A program made the position numbers and the translations under genes. This document shows positions 53,703 to 64,000 of a stretch of DNA of 64,000 nucleotides, in pieces (position 1 is the stretch's first letter; each line of letters begins with the position of its first letter). Origin of the DNA: Octopus sinensis (lineage: Eukaryota); assembly GCF_006345805.1 (NCBI RefSeq), contig NC_043001.1, positions 27,342,001-27,406,000 on the forward strand. The letters run 5' to 3'. Below the pieces are notes generated by a model, which did not search any database, had not been told where the DNA came from, and saw only the letters and a program-made list of their open reading frames with translations.

Positions 53703-55984
53703 AAGAGAGATGCTACAGATTGAAACATCAAATGAGAAGAGTGAGGAATACTCTGTATTCATGCCCTCCGTCATCAACCACGAGAATTCATCTACAAAGC
53801 AATTGCTCCAGCTCCCCTTCAGGGTTGGCGAAAGCGATGTGGTGGACAATGAAAAACCTGGCTGATGACAGTCAAGGCTGATCTGGAACCCAACCTAGGC
53901 CCCATGTCTACGGCGTTCACCGCTGGAATAGGGAGTGGTTGGAGATCAAACGGTCGTTAGCCTCAAATCGCCAGGCCTGGTTGGCATTTGTGAGAGTACA
54001 GAGAGATGATTGGTAATTCAATAGTTACAGGTTGGCATAAGTTAAACTGTTGTTTTTGTTTTTTTAAACACATGTAATAATGTAATTTTGAAAAGCATCA
54101 AGTTTTAAAGTGGGATGTGAATACATATAAAGGGGTGAGTAGGTAGATTAGTAGATCATTATATATACTTTTGGTTCATTAGTTGTGCATTTCTGTTGCA
54201 AGAGAGAGAGAGTTGTCTTGCCTGAGATCAATATTAATACCTTTTTATTTTCATTAGTGATGCACACTCAAATTAAATGGAATGAGGCATACCATACAAT
54301 CTCCATGCATTTGATTCAACATTTTTTTCTCTTATTTCAACTAAGAAGTCCTTAATAATTGCGTTTAAATACAGAGTCCTTTATATCCAAATACAGCTGT
54401 CAATTCGATTAGGTTAAATCTCGTTTGTATCATTGGTACTTAATATCCGTGTTCCATGCTGGCATGAATGTGTGTGTATGTATATATATATATCACCATC
54501 ACCGTGACCGACCAGGCTATCAGATGTTGCTACACATCGCTGATCACAATGCGCTTCGCATTGTTTTAGCCTTCAAATGACGCGACCCCGCTGGCTAAGC
54601 AAGCAGGCCAACAGAAGAAAGAGAGAAAGTTGTGGCAAAAGAGTACAGCAGGGATCGCCACAACCCCCTGCCGGAGCCTCGTGGAGCCTTAGGTGTTTTC
54701 GCTCAATAAACTCTCACAACACCCGGTCTGGGAAACGAAACCGCGATCCTACAACCATGAGTCCGCTGCCCTAACCACAGGGCCATTGCGCCTCCACACA
54801 CACACACATATATATATATATACATACATACATACGCACACACATATATCAGCAAGTGTGGCTATAGGCATAAGTGTGGCTGTGTGCTTAAGAAGCTTGC
54901 TTCCCAACCATGTAGTCTTGGGTTCAGTCCCACTGTGCAGTACCTTGGGCAGGTGTTTTCTACAATAGCTCTGGGCTAACCAAAGCATTGTGAATGGATT
55001 TAATAGATGGAAACTGAAAGAATCCCATCATATATGTAAATATATGTGTTTATATATGCATTTGGAAAGAAGTGAGTGTCAGTGACAAGAAAGGCATCCA
55101 ACCACAGAAAATCTGCCACAACAAATTCCATTTGACTCATGCAAATATGGAAAAGAAGATGTTGATGATACAATTTTCACATTCTTTTTTTCATACTGAC
55201 ACAGGTTGGACAGATTTGCTGGGGAAGTGGGTATAAAAATTATGAAATATATATAGGCGTAGGAGTGGCTGTGTAGTAAGTAGCTTGCTTACGAACCACA
55301 TGGTTCCGGGTTCAGTCCCACTGCGTGGCATCTTGGGCAAGTGTCTTCTACTATAGCCTCGGGCCGACCAAAGCCTTGTGAGTAGACTTGGTAGATGGAA
55401 ACTGAAAGAAGCCCATCGTATATGTGTGTGTGTGTGTGTGTGTATATTGGTGCGTCTGTTTGTCCCCCAACATCGATTGACAACCGATGGTGGTGCGTTT
55501 ACGTCCCCGTAACTTAGTGGTTCAGCAAAAGAGACTGATAGAATAAGTACTAGGCTTCCAAAGAATAACTCCTGGGATCAATTTGCTCGACCAAAGGTGG
55601 TGCTCCAGCATGGCCACAGTCACATGACTGAAACAAGTAAAAGAGTAAAAGAGAAAAAGAGAGTATATATGAGGAGTTTACTTTCAAAACCAGTATAAGT
55701 TCCTATTTGGTCGATTTCATGATAACCATTAAAACAATCCGCAAGCTGCTGGCTTCATGCATCTGAATTCTTTTTCAGTTAAACTGGGATAGATGTTATA
55801 TAAGACAGCAGATGAATCTTATTTTTCCAATCAAAATCAGATATATTCAAGTTGTTTTAAACAATTACTCAAAAGCCATTCCCATGCATGTCTGGTAAGC
55901 CCTTCATATACCATACATATACATCATGACAAAGAGAGAGATTCAGCTTTTTTTTTTCAATTAGAAACAAAATATAAACTATAC

Positions 55985-56047
55985 CTTCCTCACTACTGAT
56001 ATTTCGGACAATGCGGCGCCGCTTCTTTGTTTGGAACATATCATCTT
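55985..56047 (-). CDS. POLD3: POLD3 63-nt exon, duplicate copy A
   Basis: EDDMFQTKKRRRIVRNISSEE (cf. human KKRRRIKLPESDSSEDE) with intact splice sites; symmetric phase 1-1. Confidence 0.8.
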
Positions 56048-57789
56048 CTACATGAGGAAAAAAATGTATAATTATATTTTTGTTTTGACAGAAGTGCTTA
56101 AAATATATAAATGTATAAATGTTTTTAAAAGCTCAGTTTTATAAATACTAGTGTCTAGTTCTATTTTCAAGGAATTGCATGAAGGAGAGTTAAATCTTGA
56201 GCCCGTATACAAGCAATATTCTCAAAGAGTTTGGTACCATTTGCTTAAAGTTAAGCAGAAGAAAGTGTTTTCACCCATATGCAAAATTCCTGCAGTACAT
56301 CTACTCAGAATTCTTCACTGTACTCATTGCCAACCCTCACCTTACTGACAGCATCTCTGTACATGGCTTGTACAGCTCTTACCACTCATCTATCCCCAGT
56401 TTCCTCACTGACCACCAGATAAGGGACTGGGGGACCCTGTCAAAGGTTGTCTCCAAGTCAACAAAAGCCAAGTACAGAGGTTTATCTTTGGCTAGATATT
56501 TCTCCTGCCGTTGCCTTACCAGAAATATAGCATCAGTGGTGCTTCTGCTTGGCACAAAACCAAACTGCATCTCACCTAGGCTAACTCGCTCCCTAAATTC
56601 CTACAAATTCTTTATATGATCAATTCAGCATTAATTTTGGTGCCCCACGACACACACACAGTGAAATGATTGAATAAATATAGCTAGAATCAAGACACTT
56701 TGTGTCAGGCGTACACTGCTTCCATGAACAAAGACCTCAAAGGACTTTGACTGAAACAATTAAAAAGCGTTTTGGCTACAGGCACTCTATTGCGTCCATG
56801 GAAAAGGCATTAAATTGTACTTGTCTCAATTTAAGTACCACATTCTATTGGGACTGTAACAGGTTGATAGCTGTAAGAAAACTGAACTCAATATACACTA
56901 CCCTTATGGTATAATGCTAGCGGAATAATTATATATATAACTTAATTATCCACCACAGTACCATTGCTTTTAAGAATTGTTTAATAACAAGAGCTTTATA
57001 ATGAGCTCATATTTTTTATAAGACATCAAATTACATCTACATCATCATTTAATGTCTGTATTCCATGCTAGCATGGGTGGGACAGTACAAGAGCCAGCCA
57101 AGCCGAAGCCTGCACCAAACTTCTGTGACTGTCTTGGCAGGATTTTTACAGCTGGATGCCCTTCCTAACACCAACCACCCAGCAGAGTGGACTTAGTGAG
57201 TTTTATGTGGCACAAGCATAGGCAAGGTCAGTTTTGGCAAGGTTTTACAGCTGGATGCCCTTCCAAACACCAAACACTTTACAGTGTAAACTCCTACCCA
57301 CTAGCACTTCTTTTATTACAAATTACCTTAAATATGTTAAATATATACTGGTACTTCAAATTAAGTAGATACTCTTAATTTGAAAATTACATTGTAAATC
57401 ATTTCTCTTAATTAGTCACAGGCGTTTTTTTAGTTTAAACATTATAATAAATTATAGTATTAAAAGTATTTTAATATAGTTGCGTGAATTAGTATCAATA
57501 TGTTACTAATATTCAATTTATTGACCCAAGAAGAGTGACATAAAACTGAAGCTGGTAGGAACTAGAAAGAAATGCCTGTACATGTATAATCATATGTGAA
57601 CATACCCACAACATACACGAGTTTACTTTGTGTTCTCATGTTTAAAAGATTATAATGAACATAAGATTTAATTAATATACATTCTCAAGTTCATTGCATA
57701 TACTTAAACATAAAATCTGAATAATTCCATTTTCTGCACAAGTTATGAATGAAACAACTACATAAAATAAGCAGATTAAAATAGTTTAC

Positions 57790-57827
57790 CTGAATCAGAT
57801 TCTTGAAGAGGTTTTTTGACTTCTTTC
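57790..57827 (-). CDS. POLD3: POLD3 38-nt micro-exon
   Basis: KEVKKPLQESDS. Pyrimidine tract with aatAG, GTAAAC donor; phase 2-1 links the neighbouring exons in frame. Confidence 0.75.
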
Positions 57828-58643
57828 CTATTTAAGAGAAAATAAGAACATTCCTTAAAACAATACTTGCTAATTAATTTAACTTTTAGGTTTAATTATC
57901 ATCATCAACGTCCATTTTCCATGCTAGCATGGGCTGGACAGTTCGACCGGGGTCTGAGAAACCAGGAGGCTGCACCAGGTTCCAGTCTGATCTGGCAATG
58001 TTTCTACAGCTGAATGCCAACCACTTCATGAGTGTAGTGGGTGCTTTTGACGTGCCACCAGCACAGGGGCCAGGGGAGGCTGGCAACAGCCATGACTGGT
58101 TGCTAGTTTTTACATGCCACCGGCACGGGAAGCCAGTCAAGGCGGCACTGGCATCGGCCACATTTGGATGGTGCTTTTTACGTACCACTGGCACAGGTAT
58201 CACAAGTTTTCAGATTTGATATTTCACTAAGGGAATATGGTAAAATACAGTATCATTTAGTGTGAAATTGCAGGTTGAAATCAAAAGTGCATTTATATAC
58301 ACTTTCTATTTATTTCACTTTTTCTTATATAATGATACAGTATATGCAGTAATTCAGTTTATAAACTAATGTTTATCATAAAGTTCACCTTGTATATATA
58401 ATCAATTTCATCATCATCAACTAGTATCTATGTTCCATGCTGCATGAGTTAGACAGTTTGGAACTGATAAGCTGCACCAAGCTCCTTTCTGTTTCCAAGG
58501 CTGGATCTCCTTTCTAACACCAAGCACTCCAAAGAGTGTACTGGGTACCGTTAACGTGTCACTGGCACAAGTGCTTTACACATGCCACCGACATTGACCA
58601 TAGCTACAATTTCACTTAGTTTGACGTGTCATAGCACAGCAAG

Positions 58644-58644
<1 letters not shown>

Positions 58645-58705
<61 letters not shown>

Positions 58706-58725
58706 GGTGTGTGTGTGTGTGTGTG
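58645..58725. repeat. (TG)n microsatellite
   Basis: Long dinucleotide array. Confidence 0.95.
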
Positions 58726-59086
58726 TTTATGTCTCCTTTTGACGTTATGTAATTGTTGTAACTGAACGTCCTTCATTTCCAACATTCTGCAAAAACATGC
58801 CTGGCCATGGGAAAATAATACTTTGCTTGGAAATGGGTATGAGTTGGTGAGAGGCAAGGCATCAGGCCATAGAAAATCTGCCTTAATAAACCCTATTCTA
58901 CCAGAAGCATGGAAAAGTGGATGTTATAGTGGTGGTAGTGGCAGCGGCAGAGGGGGAGTGGGAGGAGTGGGGTGGAGTGGGAGGAGGAGGAGATGATGAA
59001 CTACTTTTCATCAACTAAATCTACTTTCCTGCTTTTGATATTCACTGCTAAACCGTGTTGTTCCAATATGTAACTATAAAACTTAC

Positions 59087-59156
59087 TGCATATTATTAGA
59101 AGTATTTCTAGATGGTTCTGTATTTTCTGATTTGATCGCAATGCTCTCCGATTTTC
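59087..59156 (-). CDS. POLD3: POLD3 exon (disordered linker)
   Basis: GKSESIAIKSENTEPSRNTSNNMQ. ttacAG acceptor, GTAAGT donor; phase 1-2. Confidence 0.75.
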
Positions 59157-59563
59157 CTGTAAGAAAATGGAAATTATGATATAATAAGGTAGCTTGTATC
59201 AAAACATTCTGAATCAACAAAATACCTAATCAAACCTCCTGCAAATCCAAACTTCCTAACTTCAAAAACGAAGGATTTGTGGTAAGTTTACAAATACATA
59301 ACTACATCCATGAGATACAAACCTGTAACATATGAAAACCAAAACACTGGTACTTTATCCATCAGTAATCTACACCACTGTCAAATTCTGATAAGGTTAA
59401 TTTTTTTATTCTGGACTACAGGAATGCTTACAAACTGTAACTAATACTTGTATTAATCCTAGAACTCCATAGGGCCATCAGGTTTCCATAGTATCAAGTA
59501 TACAAGATATAAAAATCTCCCTGTATTAATAAATTTCCCAGAGAAGTCTGGGACTTATTAATA

Positions 59564-60069
59564 CTAGGTTGAGGAAAAAGTCTGTGTGCTGTGTTAAAAT
59601 AATGATTTTTTTATGCAAGAATTTATTCAAAAACAACGATTAAAGACCATCATTTTCCACGGCCTTCTTCTAATGATCTGCAAGCTTTTGGATTTGGTCA
59701 AAGTACCAATCCTTCAGCTTTGAATCGAAAAATTCTTGACAGGCTTCTTCAACTTCATCGAATGATGCAAATCGGCAACCTTTCATAAAGTGCCGCATAG
59801 ATCGGAAGAGACCGTAGTCAGATGGAGCAACGTCTGGACTATAGGCTGGATGCGGCAGAACTTCCATACCATCCAATTCTTCAATCTTGTTGCTGGGTTT
59901 CTGGCAGTATGCAGCATTGTATAGTCTTGTTGAAACAAAGCACGTTTTCGACGAATACAGTTAGTTTCCATTGAACATGACATTGACTGAATTAACACAA
60001 ACACTACAAAAATATATTTTAAAAAAAGCATCATTTTAACATGGCGCACAAACATTTTCCTCAACCTAA
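59564..60069 (-). mobile_element. Internally deleted mariner transposon
   Basis: LPHPAYSPDVAPSDYGLF carries the mariner YSPDLAPSD motif. TIRs (C/T)TAGGTTGAGGAAAA... and ...TTTTCCTCAACCTAA are flanked by TA. Confidence 0.9.
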
Positions 60070-60459
60070 TAGTTAGGCAATCACCTCATCTACACTAACG
60101 AGACCTCAGAAAATTTGAAGTCATGACCTACTCACTCTTCAACAGGTATTGCACACACCATATTACAGGTAACACCAATACTCCTAGTTTCACAAGATAT
60201 TACTGTATTACTGACAAAAAGAGAAAAAAAGGTAATGACAATACTCCTTCTACTAAAGTCACAAGGCCTGAAATTTGTGGGGAGGGGACAAGTTATTTAC
60301 ATCGACCCCAGTGTTTCATTGGTACTTAATTTATCAAGTCCAAAAGGATGAAAGGCAAATCAACCTTGACTGAAATTGAACTCTGAACGTAGCGGCAGAG
60401 GAAATACCACTAAGCATTTCACCCAGCATGCTAATAATTTTGCCAGCTCACCACTTTAA

Positions 60460-61542
60460 CCCTTTCATTACTATATTTCTGACCAAAATACACCCCTTAT
60501 GTGTTTCAATTAATTTCTAACGTAATCATAAATTTAGTCTGGTTTCATTAAACAACTATAACTTTTTTATTTATCAATATATTAATCTGATTTTTGGAAG
60601 ATAATTTAATGAAATATTCTCAACCAATTCTATACTATAATTTTTGTCACAAAGTGACTCTAATTGCAGGTAGATACAGGTAAATTCAACAAAATATAAA
60701 ATTAAAATTTTGTTCAAACATTGCTATAGAAAATGGGTTATTAGCTAATATTCAATTGGGTATACAACAAAATTTTACGATAGAATTTGTTATTCTGGGT
60801 AACTTTCTGATACCCATAATAATATTTACGGCAAAATAGTCTTAATTTCATTTAAGGTTATGGGAAACCACAAACTATCGTTTCTTTCGCTTTGTTTACA
60901 TTTAGCGTAACGATTCGTTTCCGCCGTAATGATTTCAAATAGGCTCATTCGAAAAAGTAAAAAGAAATAGTCTAAGGCTTTACTCTTCTAGGAAAGTCTG
61001 TGGCTTGGTCCAGTTTGTTCAGAAAAATCACCGAAAGAAACAGTTTTTAAATTTTCACTCCATTCAGGTGCCAATTCGTTTTCTTTATCGCTATCGGAGA
61101 TCTCAGATTCACTGTTTTCACTTTCGGAAAATGAAACATCAGATTCATTATCAAATACCACGTGCTTTTTTTTTTCAGTCATAGAGTTAGATTTATGAAG
61201 GTCTTCAGTAGAAAATTCTTCGAATTCTGACTCGCTGCTTGATATAATGAAATTCGTATCCATTTTTTGTCCGAATTACAAATTTTGAAAACACAATAGG
61301 AACAAATTTCAGAAAAAAATCTCTCAAAATTCACGGAATTAAAATTACACTTCGATTATTGTACAAAACTGTAGTTGAACTGTTTACAAAGTATAATACG
61401 TGTTTTCACGAATGTACTAAAGAGATTTGCTCTGATATTCTCATTTAAATATGAATAGGTAAATTCGGGCGGCTTTGGGCGGTTTGGTCACATTAACCAA
61501 AATTTTTTTCGGGCGGCTTTGGGCGGTTTGGTAACGAAAGGG
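60460..61542 (-). mobile_element. Internally deleted piggyBac-like element retaining an acidic transposase N-terminus
   Basis: TTAA|CCCTTTCATTAC...GTAACGAAAGGG|TTAA. ORF 60988-61263 (SSSESEFEEFS...PEWSENL...FSEQTGP). Subterminal direct repeats TTCGGGCGGCTTTGGGCGGTTTGGT occur twice. Confidence 0.82.
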
Positions 61543-63027
61543 TTAATGCCAGCTTGCCTTATTATTATTATTATTATTATTATTATAATCATAATCGTCG
61601 TTTAACATCCGTTTTCCATGCTGGCAAGCCAGAAGGCTACACCAGGCTCCAATCTGATCTGGCAAAGTTTTTACAGCTGGATGCCCTTCCTAACGCCAAC
61701 CACTCCGAGAGTGTAGTGGGTGCTTTTTACGTGTCACTGGCACAAGGGCCACTCAGGTGGTATTGGCATCAACCATGCTCGAATGGTGCTTTTTACATGC
61801 CACAGCACGCGACCAGTTAGCCGGCACTCTCATTGGCCACAATGATGATTTCACTTGCCTCAACAGGTCTTCACAAGCGCAGTTTATTGCCCAATGATTG
61901 ACAAGTACTCTTAAATGGGCTGGTTATGCTGCACTGGCATACACCATGGTTACAGTCTCACTTAGCTTGCTGGGTCTTCTCAAGCACAGCATATCTCCAA
62001 AGGTCTCATTCACTTGTCATCATCTCGGTTTGAAGGTCGTGCTTCACCACCTCATCCAAGGTCTTCCTGAGTCTACCTTTTCCACAGGTTCCCTCTACTG
62101 CTAGGGTATGATACTTTTTCACACAGCTGTCCTCATCCATATGCAACACATGACCATACCAGCACAGTCGTCTAATGGTTTCAAATTTTGGCACGTGGGC
62201 AGCAATTTTGGGGGAAAGGATGAGTCGATTACATCAACCCCAGTGTTCAACTGGTATTTATTTTATAGACCCTGAAATGATGAAAAGTAAAGTCAACCTC
62301 AGCAGAATTTGAACTCAGAACATAGCGATGAGTGTAATATCGCTAAGCATTTCGTTCAGCGTGCTAAAGATTCCGCCAGCTTGCATTGAGAAGAATTATT
62401 TGGGGTTTGAATAATTCACTTCTGAAAACTGGAAACATGGGTGCTTCATTCATCATCCTTAAACAAACTTTATTCAGGGATCTTTTGAGCAGGATGGGCT
62501 ACTCAACCTGAAGAAAATTCTAACTGAGCCCCATCTGCAAGGTTATGTTATTTATCTTGATATGTGGTCAGTACTTGGACAGGAGGCTGAATGCACTTTT
62601 GCCGAAGGATGAGAAGCTGAAGTCATGAAGCTGAACAGACAAGATGCCGAAAAGACAAGAAAATTAATATTTAATCTTGTTAAATCCTAAGTACCAAAGC
62701 AATGAATTGGACATAAAACTATGTAGGTAGGAATATTTTTTTTTATTATTGTGTCCATTCATCTTTATGTCCGTTCAGCATAGTGTCTGTCTAGCATCTT
62801 GGCTTTAGCTTTTTGTCCTTTGACAAAAGTGCATTCAGCACCCTGTCCATGCACAATGAGATCACCATGTCACACACATATGGTTGTGATGCATGTACTT
62901 GGTGTACCCTTATCAGACGGGGAGTTATGATGGATATATTGAACTCCGAATATTTGTACCCCAGTGTCACTTTGATGGCATACATTGCTCTCTCACATAA
63001 TAATAATAATAATAATAATATACATAC

Positions 63028-63073
63028 CTGCAGAAGAAAAGAAAGATAGCACACCAGTTGGTTTCTTTGAAAC
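63028..63073 (-). CDS. POLD3: POLD3 46-nt exon carrying an internal FF motif
   Basis: VSKKPTGVLSFFSSA, positionally equivalent to human GNMMSNFF. tttcAG acceptor, GTATGT donor; phase 0-1. Confidence 0.82.
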
Positions 63074-63433
63074 CTGAAAATAGTAATTAACAATAACTCA
63101 ACCATTTCCTAAAATCTTCTAATACAAACTTCAACAAAACAACAAATTACACACTTTTAAGAAATGCAACTACATGATACATAACAGATTTATTCTAATT
63201 AAGGAACCAACTATTTTCAATCTACCACTATTTTCAGCCTATGCAAACAAATTCCTCTGCTAGGGCTCAGTAGAAAAAATGTAAAATTTCATTATCTTTC
63301 AATTTTTTTACTGGAGCGAAATTGTATCATTGGCATTCTAAAAGATTGAATTATTATTAAAATTAAATTCATGGTATTTTTCAAAGAGGTGTTATTTCAT
63401 TGATCAACAATATTTAGTTCAACTCCTACCAAC

Positions 63434-63640
63434 CTTTTTAGCTGCCTGTTCCTTCTTCGGTTCAGAATTATTACTACTCTGATCTGTAGATGCTTGTTTG
63501 GAAATATTATTCTTATTGCATTGAGCAAACATTCCAGCAATTACTGATTTGGTAACTGAAGCCTTGGAACTGTTAGTGCTGCTGTTATTGTTGTTGTTAT
63601 TGCTGTCACTTTTTGTTTTAATGGATGTTTCATCAGATGT
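63434..63640 (-). CDS. POLD3: POLD3 exon (first one visible; upstream exons lie outside the window)
   Basis: TSDETSIKTKSDSNNNNNSSTNSSKASVTKSVIAGMFAQCNK...EPKKEQAAKK. IAGMFA resembles human IMGMFA; phase 0-0. Confidence 0.82.
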
Positions 63641-64000
63641 CTATTAGAAAAAAAATCAATATAGAGTTACAAAAATATTCATTCGTGTGTGACAAGCTCA
63701 AAACTTTAACCATTTCATTACAAAATTGTCTTGAGACAGCCTTCAGCCATGTGTTAGTAACGATAAACGTCGCCCTTTTTCAAGCCTAGCCAGGCTCATG
63801 GGCCCGGTTTCCATGGCGTATGTGTTCCCCCCAGCTGGACGGGATGCCAGTCCATCGAAGCATTACTCAAGAAACAGGAAGAGAGAGTGAGAGAAAGTTC
63901 TGGTGAAAGAGTACAACAGGGGTCGCCACACCCCCTGCCGGAGCCTTGTGGAGCTTTTAGGTGTTTTCGCTCAATAAACACACACAATGCCCAGTCTGGG

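Noticed and set aside
59000-59050. Extra POLD3 exon just downstream of 59087
   Set aside because: It would need an intron of under 40 nt and contains stops. The 59087>57827 junction is already in frame.

Overview
This is AT-rich eukaryotic DNA with many introns, SINEs and microsatellites. The repeat families point to an octopus (coleoid cephalopod) genome, which is an inference. Two spliced genes converge tail-to-tail, and both lack their 5' ends in this window. (1) On the + strand (1698-44633) is a modular, probably secreted trypsin-family serine protease of the Tequila/GRAAL/neurotrypsin-like type: PAN/apple - LDLa - SRCR - LDLa - SRCR - Thr-rich linker - trypsin domain, with an intact His/Asp/Ser triad and Asp189. 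(2) On the - strand (63640-45020) is POLD3 (DNA polymerase delta subunit 3), ending in a PIP box. Main observations: (a) The protease has two paralogous, phase-incompatible versions (25234-25474 and 33991-34180) of the exon encoding the activation peptide, 37-loop and catalytic His57. They appear to be mutually exclusive exons that swap the activation switch and part of the active site onto a shared Asp/Ser half. (b) The otherwise intact PAN exon has an in-frame TAG (1764-1766) that A-to-I editing could recode to Trp. (c) POLD3 has a tandemly duplicated 63-nt basic/acidic exon whose coding sequence has diverged more than its flanking intron. (d) The two stop codons are only 386 nt apart. Introns hold decayed hAT, mariner, piggyBac, Gypsy, RTE, Penelope (with hammerhead-like motifs) and Helentron-type elements, MITEs and tRNA-SINEs. 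Exon boundaries were read by hand from GT-AG sites and reading-frame continuity. No database or RNA evidence was available.
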